Below are positions 7,786 through 15,850 of a stretch of DNA of 64,000 bases, in pieces. A program made the translations under genes and the position numbers. The stretch lies in sequence record LT603033.1. One strand, written 5' to 3'. Every line of letters begins with the position of its first letter. Within the stretch, counting starts at the first letter, position 1. The notes below the pieces were generated by a model, which did no database searches, was not told the origin of the DNA, and worked only from the letters and a program-made list of their open reading frames with translations.

Positions 7786-8130
7786 ATGAAATACATCGAC
7801 AAAGGTACAGTTGAAACACAGTACTGGAATATTCATATTGCTGGTGATATCCAAACAGCAAGAGAGTACACACGAAAGTTTGCATTCAAGCTTGGATTTT
7901 GTGTACAATTGATTCCGTGTGAATACATCTACACGGGTGGTCTTGAAAGTGGAATGTGTGCTCGTATTATACAGTACCCACGCTTCCCAAAAGAAGAAGT
8001 ATATCTCAACCGAGATGTATTAAACTATGCTAAGGGTTTAGCTGAAGAGTTGTGTCAAAAGAGTTTTACTATTGAGCGAAACAATGATACAATCTATTAT
8101 GAAAGTGCCGACCCTTTACACAAGAAATGA
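7786..8130 (+). CDS. Conserved phage hypothetical protein (YIYTGG.E.G...IQYPRFP family)
   Basis: I recognise the motif CEYIYTGGLESG...IIQYPRFP...LAEELCQKSF from a widespread phage DUF-type family; function unknown. Confidence 0.7.
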   Translation: MKYIDKGTVETQYWNIHIAGDIQTAREYTRKFAFKLGFCVQLIPCEYIYTGGLESGMCARIIQYPRFPKEEVYLNRDVLNYAKGLAEELCQKSFTIERNNDTIYYESADPLHKK

Positions 8131-8141
8131 AAGGAAAATAT

Positions 8142-8273
8142 ATGAATGGACTAAAAAAGTTTGGTAAAGATTTTCTAAAGTGCATCCGTTATACATACGA
8201 TGCTAACCCTGAAATGACCGCCATTGTGGGTGTGTTTATTACACTCGTTGTATTAAGCTTTATTGTGGTGTAA
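8142..8273 (+). CDS. 43-aa single-TM protein missed by the ORF track
   Basis: RBS AAAGGA, ATG 8142, MNGLKKFGKDFLKCIRYTYDANPEMTAIVGVFITLVVLSFIVV*. Fills the intergenic gap exactly. Confidence 0.7.
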   Translation: MNGLKKFGKDFLKCIRYTYDANPEMTAIVGVFITLVVLSFIVV

Positions 8274-8276
8274 AAT

Positions 8277-8480
8277 ATGATTGAAATTAATGCTGATGTT
8301 TATTGTAGTGCATCACCAAACTACTTCATTTATGCACTAAGTACATTTGGTGAAACTGAAGGTGAAACTTTTGTTTTAGTAGATAATACTACATGGTACA
8401 AAACAAGTAATAAAATTCCGAAAGATGTTTTAGAAACTTATGTTCGTATTGAAAATAAAAACATATATGTAAATTTATAG
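8277..8480 (+). CDS. Hypothetical protein
   Basis: 67-aa ORF filling an operon gap. Confidence 0.65.
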   Translation: MIEINADVYCSASPNYFIYALSTFGETEGETFVLVDNTTWYKTSNKIPKDVLETYVRIENKNIYVNL

Positions 8481-8487
8481 GTAAAAT

Positions 8488-8898
8488 ATGATTGAAATGG
8501 AAGGAACTCTGGTGTATGATCCAGATCGTGGCACTATGAAAAAGAAGAAGGACTTCTGGTTAGTACTACAACTTCCATTACAGTTGGTTAGATACTACCA
8601 GTACTTCATCAGAACTGACTTACATATTGATATTAAAGACCCACAATGGGGAGCACATGTCAGTATCGTTCGTGGTGAAGTGCCACCAAATCCAGAGTAC
8701 TGGAAAAAATACGATGGAATGAAAGTAAAGATAAAGTTCAATCCTTGTATTGAGATAGTAAAAGATAAAAAGAATCCAGGTTCATTCTTTATCATTGAAT
8801 TTGAAGATGATTTCATCACACATATTAGAAATGAACTAGGACTACCAACCAAGTACTTTAAATATCACATCACTGTAGGTAGAACCTACTACGATTAA
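8488..8898 (+). CDS. 2H-phosphoesterase superfamily protein
   Basis: Two Hx(S/T)h motifs, GAHVSIV and YHITVG, about 70 aa apart. Confidence 0.7.
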   Translation: MIEMEGTLVYDPDRGTMKKKKDFWLVLQLPLQLVRYYQYFIRTDLHIDIKDPQWGAHVSIVRGEVPPNPEYWKKYDGMKVKIKFNPCIEIVKDKKNPGSFFIIEFEDDFITHIRNELGLPTKYFKYHITVGRTYYD

Positions 8899-8922
8899 TG
8901 TGGTTTTTACAGTAAATATGTC

Positions 8923-8950
8923 TTGTAATAAAATAAAAATATGCTATACT
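8923..8950 (+). promoter_or_regulatory. Sigma70-like promoter TTGTAA-N16-TATACT with extended -10
   Basis: TTGTAA 8923-8928, TGCTATACT 8942-8950. Confidence 0.6.
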
Positions 8951-9066
8951 ACTTAAACATTTGAAAAGAACGTTTTTGTACTGTAGAAAGTCCGATGAGG
9001 CTTTTGCAAATGGCCTCTTTGCCATCTTTGTGATTGCCCATCTTAACAATCAACAAAGGAGGCGTT

Positions 9067-9993
9067 TTGAAACAAGCGAAAAAAGCACTGAAAACTAAGA
9101 CTACTTATGGTGTTCTAGTTTGTACAGTACTTGTCGCTGCGATTGGATTTTATGGTTTTTCTCAAAATGATCGTGTATCATCATCGGACGAAAGTCAGGT
9201 ACACAATTTAAAACCACAAGTTACGCAAATTCAAAAGCAGGAATTACCAAAGGTAGAAATATCAAAGGATGTTCCACGCGGCGAGAAGCATTATACGGTT
9301 CAACCTGGTGATAGTTATTATTCTATTGCTAAAAAGTTTAAACCTAAAAATGTACAACTTGAAGAGTATGTTATTTTGTTGAAAAATATCAATTTAAATG
9401 CTACTCTTCATACTTCTCAGGGTATCTTTATCCCAACAAAAGAGGATTTGAAGAACGTATTGTTACCAGATGTGACTGTACTGTTTGATTATAATGATCC
9501 AGAAATTGTCAATCACATCAAAGAAGCTGAAGGTTCAATTGAATTTCAGTCCAAGAACAAACGCCGTTTACTTGGTGGGAAAGTCGGAGTTCCTTTCCAC
9601 AATTCTAAATTTCATCCCTACAAGGACATGAAAGGTAATTATACAATAGGTTATGGGCATTATTTGGGTAGAAAAGAATCTGATGCGATTAAGTACAGAA
9701 ACGGTATTACCAAAGCTCAAGCCAATAAACTTTTAATGCAAGATATGAAAAGAACATATAATGACTTTTTATTATTGATGCAGAAAAAAGAAGCAGTAAA
9801 TCTGACCAAAGAACAACAACGTATTCTTTATGAAATGTCCTATACAATGGGTGTTGATAAATTAGCAACGTTTAATAAACTTTGGAAAAGTGTGAAAAAT
9901 GATAACCCTAAGAAATTTAAAAAAGAAATTATGAATTCCTTATGGTATCGTCAAGTTACAAACCGAGCAGATTTGTTGTTAAGTTCACTCTAA
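9067..9993 (+). CDS. Membrane-anchored LysM plus GH24 (T4-lysozyme-like) muramidase
   Basis: TTG start after AAAGGAGG. TM segment YGVLVCTVLVAAIGFYGF, LysM motif HYTVQPGDSYYSIAKKF, catalytic-type EAEG...YKDMKGNYTIGYGH, C-terminal SLWYRQVTNRA. Confidence 0.85.
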   Translation: MKQAKKALKTKTTYGVLVCTVLVAAIGFYGFSQNDRVSSSDESQVHNLKPQVTQIQKQELPKVEISKDVPRGEKHYTVQPGDSYYSIAKKFKPKNVQLEEYVILLKNINLNATLHTSQGIFIPTKEDLKNVLLPDVTVLFDYNDPEIVNHIKEAEGSIEFQSKNKRRLLGGKVGVPFHNSKFHPYKDMKGNYTIGYGHYLGRKESDAIKYRNGITKAQANKLLMQDMKRTYNDFLLLMQKKEAVNLTKEQQRILYEMSYTMGVDKLATFNKLWKSVKNDNPKKFKKEIMNSLWYRQVTNRADLLLSSL

Positions 9994-10009
9994 AAAAGGA
10001 AGGTGAAGT

Positions 10010-10342
10010 ATGCTAAATCTAAATATTCAAGGCAACGTTGATATCACTCCAGCAATCCAAGATGCTATTTACAATGAAGCAAAAAGTCTGGATAAGTACC
10101 GTACTTCTTCAGTACTAGACATTGGTGTTCATGTTAAGAAAGAGCATAAAACTCAATATGCTGTAACTTTAACTGCTGGTAGTAAATCAGTAACTGCTGA
10201 TGATGCTGATTTGTATAAAGCAATTGTTGAATCTTTTGATAAGATGGAAACTGTATTCAGTAAAGACAAAAGCATTAAATTACACCGCCGAAACCATCCA
10301 GAACACCCAGTTCTTGATGATTTGACAGAAAACGAAGAGTAA
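10010..10342 (+). CDS. hpf: Ribosome hibernation promoting factor (HPF/RaiA, S30EA family)
   Basis: MLNLNIQGNVDITPAIQDAI...DADLYKAIVESFDKME parallels HPF MQLNITG.NVEIT.AL...DMYAAID.L.DKL. Confidence 0.8.
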   Translation: MLNLNIQGNVDITPAIQDAIYNEAKSLDKYRTSSVLDIGVHVKKEHKTQYAVTLTAGSKSVTADDADLYKAIVESFDKMETVFSKDKSIKLHRRNHPEHPVLDDLTENEE

Positions 10343-10350
10343 TATATACT

Positions 10351-10378
10351 AAAGGGACAGATTAATTCTGTCCCTTTT
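10351..10378 (+). terminator. Rho-independent terminator
   Basis: AAAGGGACAGA / TCTGTCCCTTTT stem and T run. Confidence 0.85.
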
Positions 10379-10395
10379 CTTATGGAGTTTTAATT

Positions 10396-10791
10396 ATGAA
10401 TTATTCCTGGATGGAAATTGTAAAATCTCTAATATCAACACATGATATGGACTTACCTGAACACCTAGTTATTAATAGATGGTACTATCCATATCCAGAT
10501 AACCGTTGTGTTGGGATTGGATTTTTTATTAATGAAAAATCTCAATATATTGGATTAATTGAAGATTATACAAAAACCAACATTGCGTTCTCTATTGAGT
10601 TGAATGTAGATCACATAAAATACTACACCAATAAAATGGACGAAGAAGATGGTGATGTTATAATTCCAGCAGAAATAGACGAAGCTTCATTTTTTCAGTT
10701 ATCATTAATTCATGATGTATCTGATATTACTTATGATAATGTGAAAGACCTTTTTATATTGTACAATAAACTGTATAATTACTTTTTATAA
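10396..10791 (+). CDS. Hypothetical protein, distant member of a local paralog trio
   Basis: C-terminal IPAEIDEASFFQLSLI motif aligns loosely with the next two paralogs. Confidence 0.75.
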   Translation: MNYSWMEIVKSLISTHDMDLPEHLVINRWYYPYPDNRCVGIGFFINEKSQYIGLIEDYTKTNIAFSIELNVDHIKYYTNKMDEEDGDVIIPAEIDEASFFQLSLIHDVSDITYDNVKDLFILYNKLYNYFL

Positions 10792-10804
10792 TGGAGATAA
10801 ATTT

Positions 10805-10990
10805 ATGGAATATACAATATGTATAGTTATATGTATCATATCCTTACTAGTCGGGGTTGGTGTGATGATTTATTGTGATGCAGAACCCAGTACAGAAACA
10901 GGAACAACTATTGAACTTAAGCCTGGTATTAAGGTAAATGATTCATATTGTTACGATCCACATAGTAATAAGTATGTGATTTGTCTATGA
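10805..10990 (+). CDS. Small membrane protein
   Basis: N-terminal TM segment; RBS GGAGA. Confidence 0.7.
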   Translation: MEYTICIVICIISLLVGVGVMIYCDAEPSTETGTTIELKPGIKVNDSYCYDPHSNKYVICL

Positions 10991-11397
10991 AAAAGTTTGA
11001 TATTAAACCTATGATTGATGCTATCGAAATTAAATTAAAAAATACTAAAAAGCCAGATAGTACAGGTTTGTTCTTTAGTTTAGATAAAATGTATTATGAA
11101 ACACACGTGTCAAGTTATGATAGAACAGGAAATCTCTTCATCCGTACATATAACATATTTTATAGTGAAGATGTTTTTATGATAGATATAAATCTGGATG
11201 AAAGTATAGTGTTGATGTATATTGAGGATGTTCAATCAACAGAACAACGAAACGGGACTCTTCCTATTGCTGCTACAGAGGAAGAGTTTTTGCAATATCA
11301 GTTCATTGATGATACCTTTGGCATTGACTTTGATACATATCAGAGTATAATGAGGGTATACAAACTTTATGAGGATTATGTGATTGGACGTTACTAA
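10987..11397 (+). CDS. Hypothetical protein (paralog family)
   Basis: ATGA overlap; GTLP...QYQFIDDTFGID motif. Confidence 0.75.
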   Translation: MKKFDIKPMIDAIEIKLKNTKKPDSTGLFFSLDKMYYETHVSSYDRTGNLFIRTYNIFYSEDVFMIDINLDESIVLMYIEDVQSTEQRNGTLPIAATEEEFLQYQFIDDTFGIDFDTYQSIMRVYKLYEDYVIGRY

Positions 11398-11806
11398 AAT
11401 TCCAAAATTTAATGAAACGTTAAAGTACTTTGCTGAACACGAAATCAGTACTGAAAGACGTGGTTTAGTTACATATAATCAACATCGTGTTATGTACACT
11501 AATAATTTTCAGGGTACTGTTCGTATTAAATTTCGTAATGCACTCGACGACAATGATGAATTGTTAATTTTACTAAGAAAAAGTAAGATTGAATTGACAT
11601 ACGCAACTCACCATATTGAAAGTGAGTTGATGTGGCACACCCTGTCAAAAAAAGAAGGGACATTACCAGTTGATGATAATGGGCCAGAAGCACTTGAACA
11701 GTACATGTTCATTGATGATACATTTGGCATTGACTATTCTGCATATCAGTGTATACTAGCTATACACGAAAAATATTACGACCGTCTACGTGACAGATTA
11801 ATTTAA
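11384..11806 (+). CDS. Hypothetical protein (paralog family)
   Basis: GTLP...QYMFIDDTFGID motif. Confidence 0.75.
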   Translation: MDVTKIPKFNETLKYFAEHEISTERRGLVTYNQHRVMYTNNFQGTVRIKFRNALDDNDELLILLRKSKIELTYATHHIESELMWHTLSKKEGTLPVDDNGPEALEQYMFIDDTFGIDYSAYQCILAIHEKYYDRLRDRLI

Positions 11807-11817
11807 TTGGAGGCATT

Positions 11818-11940
11818 ATGATTGCTATGTTAGAAGAAGATTGGGGTGTTTCCGAGCAAGGCACTGATGAATATGAATACCCAGAATACCAACCAAAAGG
11901 CTTCTGGGAACGTCTACGTGATTGGTTGATGGGGGAATAA
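11818..11940 (+). CDS. 40-aa acidic peptide missed by the ORF track
   Basis: RBS GGAGG, MIAMLEEDWGVSEQGTDEYEYPEYQPKGFWERLRDWLMGE*. Stop is 1 nt before cca. Confidence 0.7.
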   Translation: MIAMLEEDWGVSEQGTDEYEYPEYQPKGFWERLRDWLMGE

Positions 11941-11941
11941 C

Positions 11942-13054
11942 ATGAAAAAGTATTTGGTTGGCGGTTACGTCCGTGACCGTTTAATGGGTCTTCGTGCAAA
12001 AGACAAAGATTATGTCATTGTTGGTGCATCCGAATCTGATCTTAAGTACTTGCAAAGTATTGGCTATAAGCAAGTAGGTAAGGATTTCCCAGTATATCTA
12101 AGTCCAGAAGGTAATGAACACGCATTAGCCCGTACTGAGCGTAAAACTGGTACTGGATATGGTGGCTTTGAAGTGGATACAAAAGGCGTAACACTAGAAC
12201 AAGATTTGTATCGCCGTGACCTTACAATTAATGCAATTGCGTATGATCCAGTACTACAAATTCACATCGATCCATACGGTGGTAAAGCTGATATCAAGAA
12301 CAAGGTACTACGTCATGTTTCTGACCATTTTAAAGAAGATCCATTACGTGTGTTACGTCTTTCTCGATTTGCTACTCGTTATTCAGACTTTACTATTCAT
12401 GAAAGCACTGAGGAACTCGCTATTGGAATGGTCAATAGTGGTGAGCTAAATCATCTTGTTCCTGACCGTGTTTTTGTGGAATTCGAAAAAGCATTTTCCG
12501 AAGAAAAGCCTGCAAAGTTCCTTAAGACGCTAAGTAAATTTGGTTATTACGAAAAGGTGTTTAATACATCTTTGACCAAAAAGAATTTAGACCTTATTGA
12601 TTATATTGCAGAGAACTGTACGGATGTATATAAACCATATTTTCTGTGGTCTATTCTTCTTGAAAATGAAGAAGTAAATAATGATTCAGTACTTAACGGT
12701 GCTATTAAAGTTCCAGTTAAGTATGTTAAATTTAGTAATTATATCAAACGTTTCCGTGATGATATCAAAACATTCCGTAAAAAGACCCCTATTGAAATGG
12801 GTAATATTTTATTGGATATGAATATTAAAAATAACGGAGGTGAAGAATTCCTTTATAAAGTTTTGGAATACTTCATTTTGCGAAAAGAAATTGATTTAGA
12901 ACTTGAAGATCTAATTATTAAAGTTTATGATCGTTATACTGATGTTGAATTGCCTGATATTCAGCAAATGGTCAAAGATGGTGAACTTGAAACGTCAGAA
13001 ATTCGTGATTTTGTTTGTGAACTTCGTTATGAAGCAATCAAACAAATGTTCTAA
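11942..13054 (+). CDS. cca: Class II tRNA nucleotidyltransferase (CCA-adding enzyme)
   Basis: YLVGGYVRDRL, DKDYV, GKDFPVYL, ALARTERK, DLYRRDLTINAIA, EDPLRVLR. No C-terminal HD domain evident. Confidence 0.95.
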   Translation: MKKYLVGGYVRDRLMGLRAKDKDYVIVGASESDLKYLQSIGYKQVGKDFPVYLSPEGNEHALARTERKTGTGYGGFEVDTKGVTLEQDLYRRDLTINAIAYDPVLQIHIDPYGGKADIKNKVLRHVSDHFKEDPLRVLRLSRFATRYSDFTIHESTEELAIGMVNSGELNHLVPDRVFVEFEKAFSEEKPAKFLKTLSKFGYYEKVFNTSLTKKNLDLIDYIAENCTDVYKPYFLWSILLENEEVNNDSVLNGAIKVPVKYVKFSNYIKRFRDDIKTFRKKTPIEMGNILLDMNIKNNGGEEFLYKVLEYFILRKEIDLELEDLIIKVYDRYTDVELPDIQQMVKDGELETSEIRDFVCELRYEAIKQMF

Positions 13055-13062
13055 AAAATAGT

Positions 13063-13090
13063 GGGACAAAAAACCAATAACTGATATAAT
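13063..13090 (+). promoter_or_regulatory. Promoter GGGACA-N16-TATAAT
   Basis: GGGACA 13063-13068, TGATATAAT 13082-13090. Confidence 0.7.
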
Positions 13091-13131
13091 TATTAGTATC
13101 TGAACATCGATTGATGACAAAGAGATAAGAT

Positions 13132-13564
13132 ATGCGTTATAGTTGTGGTATAATATTTTATCGTGATGGTCAGATACTTATCGGACATACAACACGGACA
13201 GAATCATTGGGATTTACCTAAAGGGAAAGCTGAGGGTAATGAAACTTTCAAAGAAGCTGCTGTACGTGAATGTTTCGAAGAGACAGGATACGAAATCGAT
13301 GAAGATGATCTTCTGTTTCTTGGTGATGTATCCTATAGAAAGGGAAAAAGGTTAGTACTTTTCTTTTATACTGCCAAAGACAAACCAATACCAGATGAAT
13401 TAGTTTGTAAAAGTACTTACACTAATAGATATGGTAAGAGTCATCCAGAATTGGATAAGTTCATGTACATTGATGTACGAGAATGTCAAAAGTATTTGAC
13501 TGAACGAATGTGTAACAGTATTATTAAAGCTGTTAAAGCTTTTCAAAGAAATAGAAGGAAATAA
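13132..13564 (+). CDS. nudE: NudE-like Nudix hydrolase interrupted by a +1 frame break at about 13195
   Basis: Frame A from 13132 gives MRYSCGIIFYRDGQILIGHTT. Frame B from 13196 gives GQNHWDLPKGKAEGNETFKEAAVRECFEETG (Nudix box). Joined, the product parallels T4 NudE (SAGIIF...WDIPKG...RECLEETG). Confidence 0.8.
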
Positions 13565-13565
13565 C

Positions 13566-13814
13566 ATGAAAGTTAAAATTTATGGTCGCAAGACTGGTTG
13601 TAAATTTTGCGACACTGCAAAAGCTGTATGTGAACAAAATAAATTTGAAATGGAGTTTGTAGATATTGTTGCTGAAGGTATCGATGGTTCAAAACTGTCT
13701 GAAATTTGTGGTGAACCAGTTCGTCAAGTTCCTCAAATTTTCGTAAATGACATTTATGTACCAGGTGGTTGTACTGGATTTATTGAAGGTCTTAAAGAAG
13801 GTCGTTGGAACTAA
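13566..13814 (+). CDS. Glutaredoxin
   Basis: CKFC active site and RQVPQIFVND motif. Confidence 0.9.
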   Translation: MKVKIYGRKTGCKFCDTAKAVCEQNKFEMEFVDIVAEGIDGSKLSEICGEPVRQVPQIFVNDIYVPGGCTGFIEGLKEGRWN

Positions 13815-14056
13815 TGGATATTGAAAAAGTATCATCTCGTGCAAAACAACTAGCTGATACGTTGGGAGTAGAGTTCAAAATTCCTGATATTTCAATAGCT
13901 AAAGAAAAAGCCCAGATTAAAATTAACAAAATGAAAGAATATCTATCTAAACAAGAACAGTATGATTCCGCTGTAGAATTTATTGTAAAATCTTTTAGTA
14001 AAGATGATATTTTGGCATTTATCAAACATGTGAAGGTTTCTGGCAACCCTAAATAA
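13814..14056 (+). CDS. Hypothetical protein
   Basis: TAATG overlap with glutaredoxin. Confidence 0.7.
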   Translation: MDIEKVSSRAKQLADTLGVEFKIPDISIAKEKAQIKINKMKEYLSKQEQYDSAVEFIVKSFSKDDILAFIKHVKVSGNPK

Positions 14057-14102
14057 ATGTGAAGAACAAAAAGTTCTTCTTAACAATTTGGGAGATACTA
14101 TT

Positions 14103-14345
14103 ATGCTCAGTTTTCGTGAACAATTAGCAAAAGGTCAATTTCAGGCTAAAGCTCAAACTAATATTCCTAAAAAATCTGCATTTTTAGGAACAATTACGGA
14201 AGATGGATTTTGTGATTATGATGCACCAGAAGATTCATGGTACATTACAAAAGACACAAAACGCAGTAATAGACTTCACAAAAGTACAATAGCTAGAAAG
14301 CATCGAAAAGAATTAAAGAAAATCCGTTTCGGTGAAGAAGAATAA
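14103..14345 (+). CDS. Hypothetical protein
   Basis: RBS GGGAG before ATG 14103. Confidence 0.7.
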   Translation: MLSFREQLAKGQFQAKAQTNIPKKSAFLGTITEDGFCDYDAPEDSWYITKDTKRSNRLHKSTIARKHRKELKKIRFGEEE

Positions 14346-14353
14346 TTTAAAAT

Positions 14354-14382
14354 AAGGACTCTGACCACAGAGTCCTTTCTTT
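14354..14382 (+). terminator. Rho-independent terminator
   Basis: AAGGACTCTG-ACCA-CAGAGTCCTT plus T-rich tail. Confidence 0.85.
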
Positions 14383-14394
14383 TCGGAGAATATA

Positions 14395-14871
14395 ATGATT
14401 CATGAACACCGAGGTAATCTGTTTGAATTATTCAGTACTGTTACCGATGATCAAAATGCATTACATATTATTGCTCACGGATGTAATGCTCAAGGTAAGA
14501 TGGGTTCTGGTTTCGCAAAGGAACTAAGGAATCGCTACCCAATGGCATATGATGATTATAAAGCATATGAAAAGGAAATGGGATTTCTTAGAATTGGACA
14601 AATTGCATATTCAGCAATTAACGATAATTTGATTATTGCAAACTGTATTACCCAAAAAATGTACGGTAATGACGGTGCTAAATATGTCAGTTATGATGCA
14701 ATTGACGATGTGTTCAAACATCTAAATTATTTTTGTAAAGTTGATCGAGATGTTCATGTACATTTCCCGAAAATTGGAGCCGATTTGGGCGGCGGTAACT
14801 GGAACGTTATCAAAGAAATCATTGATCACCGTCTGGTCAATGCAGAAAAACACTTATACATTCTAAAATAA
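14395..14871 (+). CDS. Macrodomain protein (ADP-ribose binding/processing, T4 Tk.4-like)
   Basis: GNLF...IIAHGCNAQGKMGSGFA...IANCITQ...FPKIGADLGGGNW. Confidence 0.85.
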   Translation: MIHEHRGNLFELFSTVTDDQNALHIIAHGCNAQGKMGSGFAKELRNRYPMAYDDYKAYEKEMGFLRIGQIAYSAINDNLIIANCITQKMYGNDGAKYVSYDAIDDVFKHLNYFCKVDRDVHVHFPKIGADLGGGNWNVIKEIIDHRLVNAEKHLYILK

Positions 14872-14881
14872 ACAAAAGGAC

Positions 14882-15199
14882 TTGACAAAAATGACTATGA
14901 CCGTTAAACTACTAAACATCAATAACATTGGCCCAGTACTAGCAGTTCTTCAAACCGATTCTGCTGAAGCTGTTGTAGTTAACTACCCAGCACAACTAGG
15001 GACTGACGAAAATGGTGAAATCATTCTTCGTGATTATCTAGAGTTTGTTAGTATGGAGAAAAATGTTATTTTTTATAAATCCAACATTATTAGTGTTAGT
15101 GATGCAAACCCTGCATTAGTTGATGCTTATGTTGATGCTATTAAAGCAATCGAAAACACTCCAAAAGTTTTCGTTCCTGAGAATAAAATCATTCTATAA
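14882..15199 (+). CDS. Hypothetical protein
   Basis: RBS AAGGA; 105 aa. Confidence 0.7.
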   Translation: MTKMTMTVKLLNINNIGPVLAVLQTDSAEAVVVNYPAQLGTDENGEIILRDYLEFVSMEKNVIFYKSNIISVSDANPALVDAYVDAIKAIENTPKVFVPENKIIL

Positions 15200-15211
15200 T
15201 AGAGGTATATA

Positions 15212-15589
15212 ATGGCTGCTAATGACGTTAAAGTAAAAACTATCCAAGCTATCGTAGTACTGAAAGATTCTACACCATCCCCTAAAGAATTAGTAATGGC
15301 TGGGATGACTATGTTACATCAATACAACCCTGAATCACCTAACTATGTTCAAGAATACGAAGCTAAGAAGTTTAAAGAACATTGGCAGTCATGGATTAAA
15401 GATAATGAAATGGAGCAGGTAGTATATGCTGCTGATGACATTTTCGAACTGGAACAAATTGAATATCTAGCTGGTCAACAATCAGTGCCATTGAGCATTT
15501 TCGGTAATGGTGAAGAAGTTCTGGTATTGGGACCATTCACTGCTGATGATATCATTCACTTACTGAGTAATTGTAAGAAAATTGAATAA
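15212..15589 (+). CDS. Peptidyl-tRNA hydrolase 2 (PTH2)-fold protein, apparently degenerate
   Basis: IQAIVVLKD ... W...EQVVYAADDIFELEQI..LA...VP ... VLVLGPFTADDIIHLLSNCKKI follows the PTH2 pattern, but the GK.AAQ..H and DAG.T motifs are missing. Confidence 0.55.
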   Translation: MAANDVKVKTIQAIVVLKDSTPSPKELVMAGMTMLHQYNPESPNYVQEYEAKKFKEHWQSWIKDNEMEQVVYAADDIFELEQIEYLAGQQSVPLSIFGNGEEVLVLGPFTADDIIHLLSNCKKIE

Positions 15590-15800
15590 AAATTCAAAAC
15601 TATCAGGTTACCGTAACAACACGTTGAAGTACAATGATATTAAGTACTGGGTTGATCCTTACTTAAATAAATCATTGTTAATGTACAGAGATAAATCACG
15701 AGATCTATATGGAATATATGTTACTCAGTTAATATATATAATAGATTCCGAACATTTTACTCCATTGGTATACCTGTACTGCTTGTATAATTCAAAATAA
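15582..15800 (+). CDS. Hypothetical protein
   Basis: 72-aa ORF with TTG start filling the gap. Confidence 0.5.
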   Translation: MNKNSKLSGYRNNTLKYNDIKYWVDPYLNKSLLMYRDKSRDLYGIYVTQLIYIIDSEHFTPLVYLYCLYNSK

Positions 15801-15812
15801 CTATTAGCACCT

Positions 15813-15819
15813 CTAAATA
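15813..15819 (+). promoter_or_regulatory. Putative late promoter CTAAATA (T4-late-like)
   Basis: The same (C/A)TAAATA motif lies 30-60 nt upstream of most structural gene starts. Confidence 0.5.
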
Positions 15820-15850
15820 ATGTATATAAACATTAATGAGGTGCTTTTTT

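Noticed and set aside
8986-9020. Hammerhead-like GAAA...CCGATGAG motif in the lysozyme leader
   Set aside because: Core is CCGATGA rather than CTGANGA, and the stems and GAAA are not in a workable order.
498-15850. Extended ORF-track starts (498, 1487, 3573, 9034, 13163, 14088, 15836)
   Set aside because: They overlap upstream genes or terminators or lack an RBS; better-supported starts are given in the feature list.
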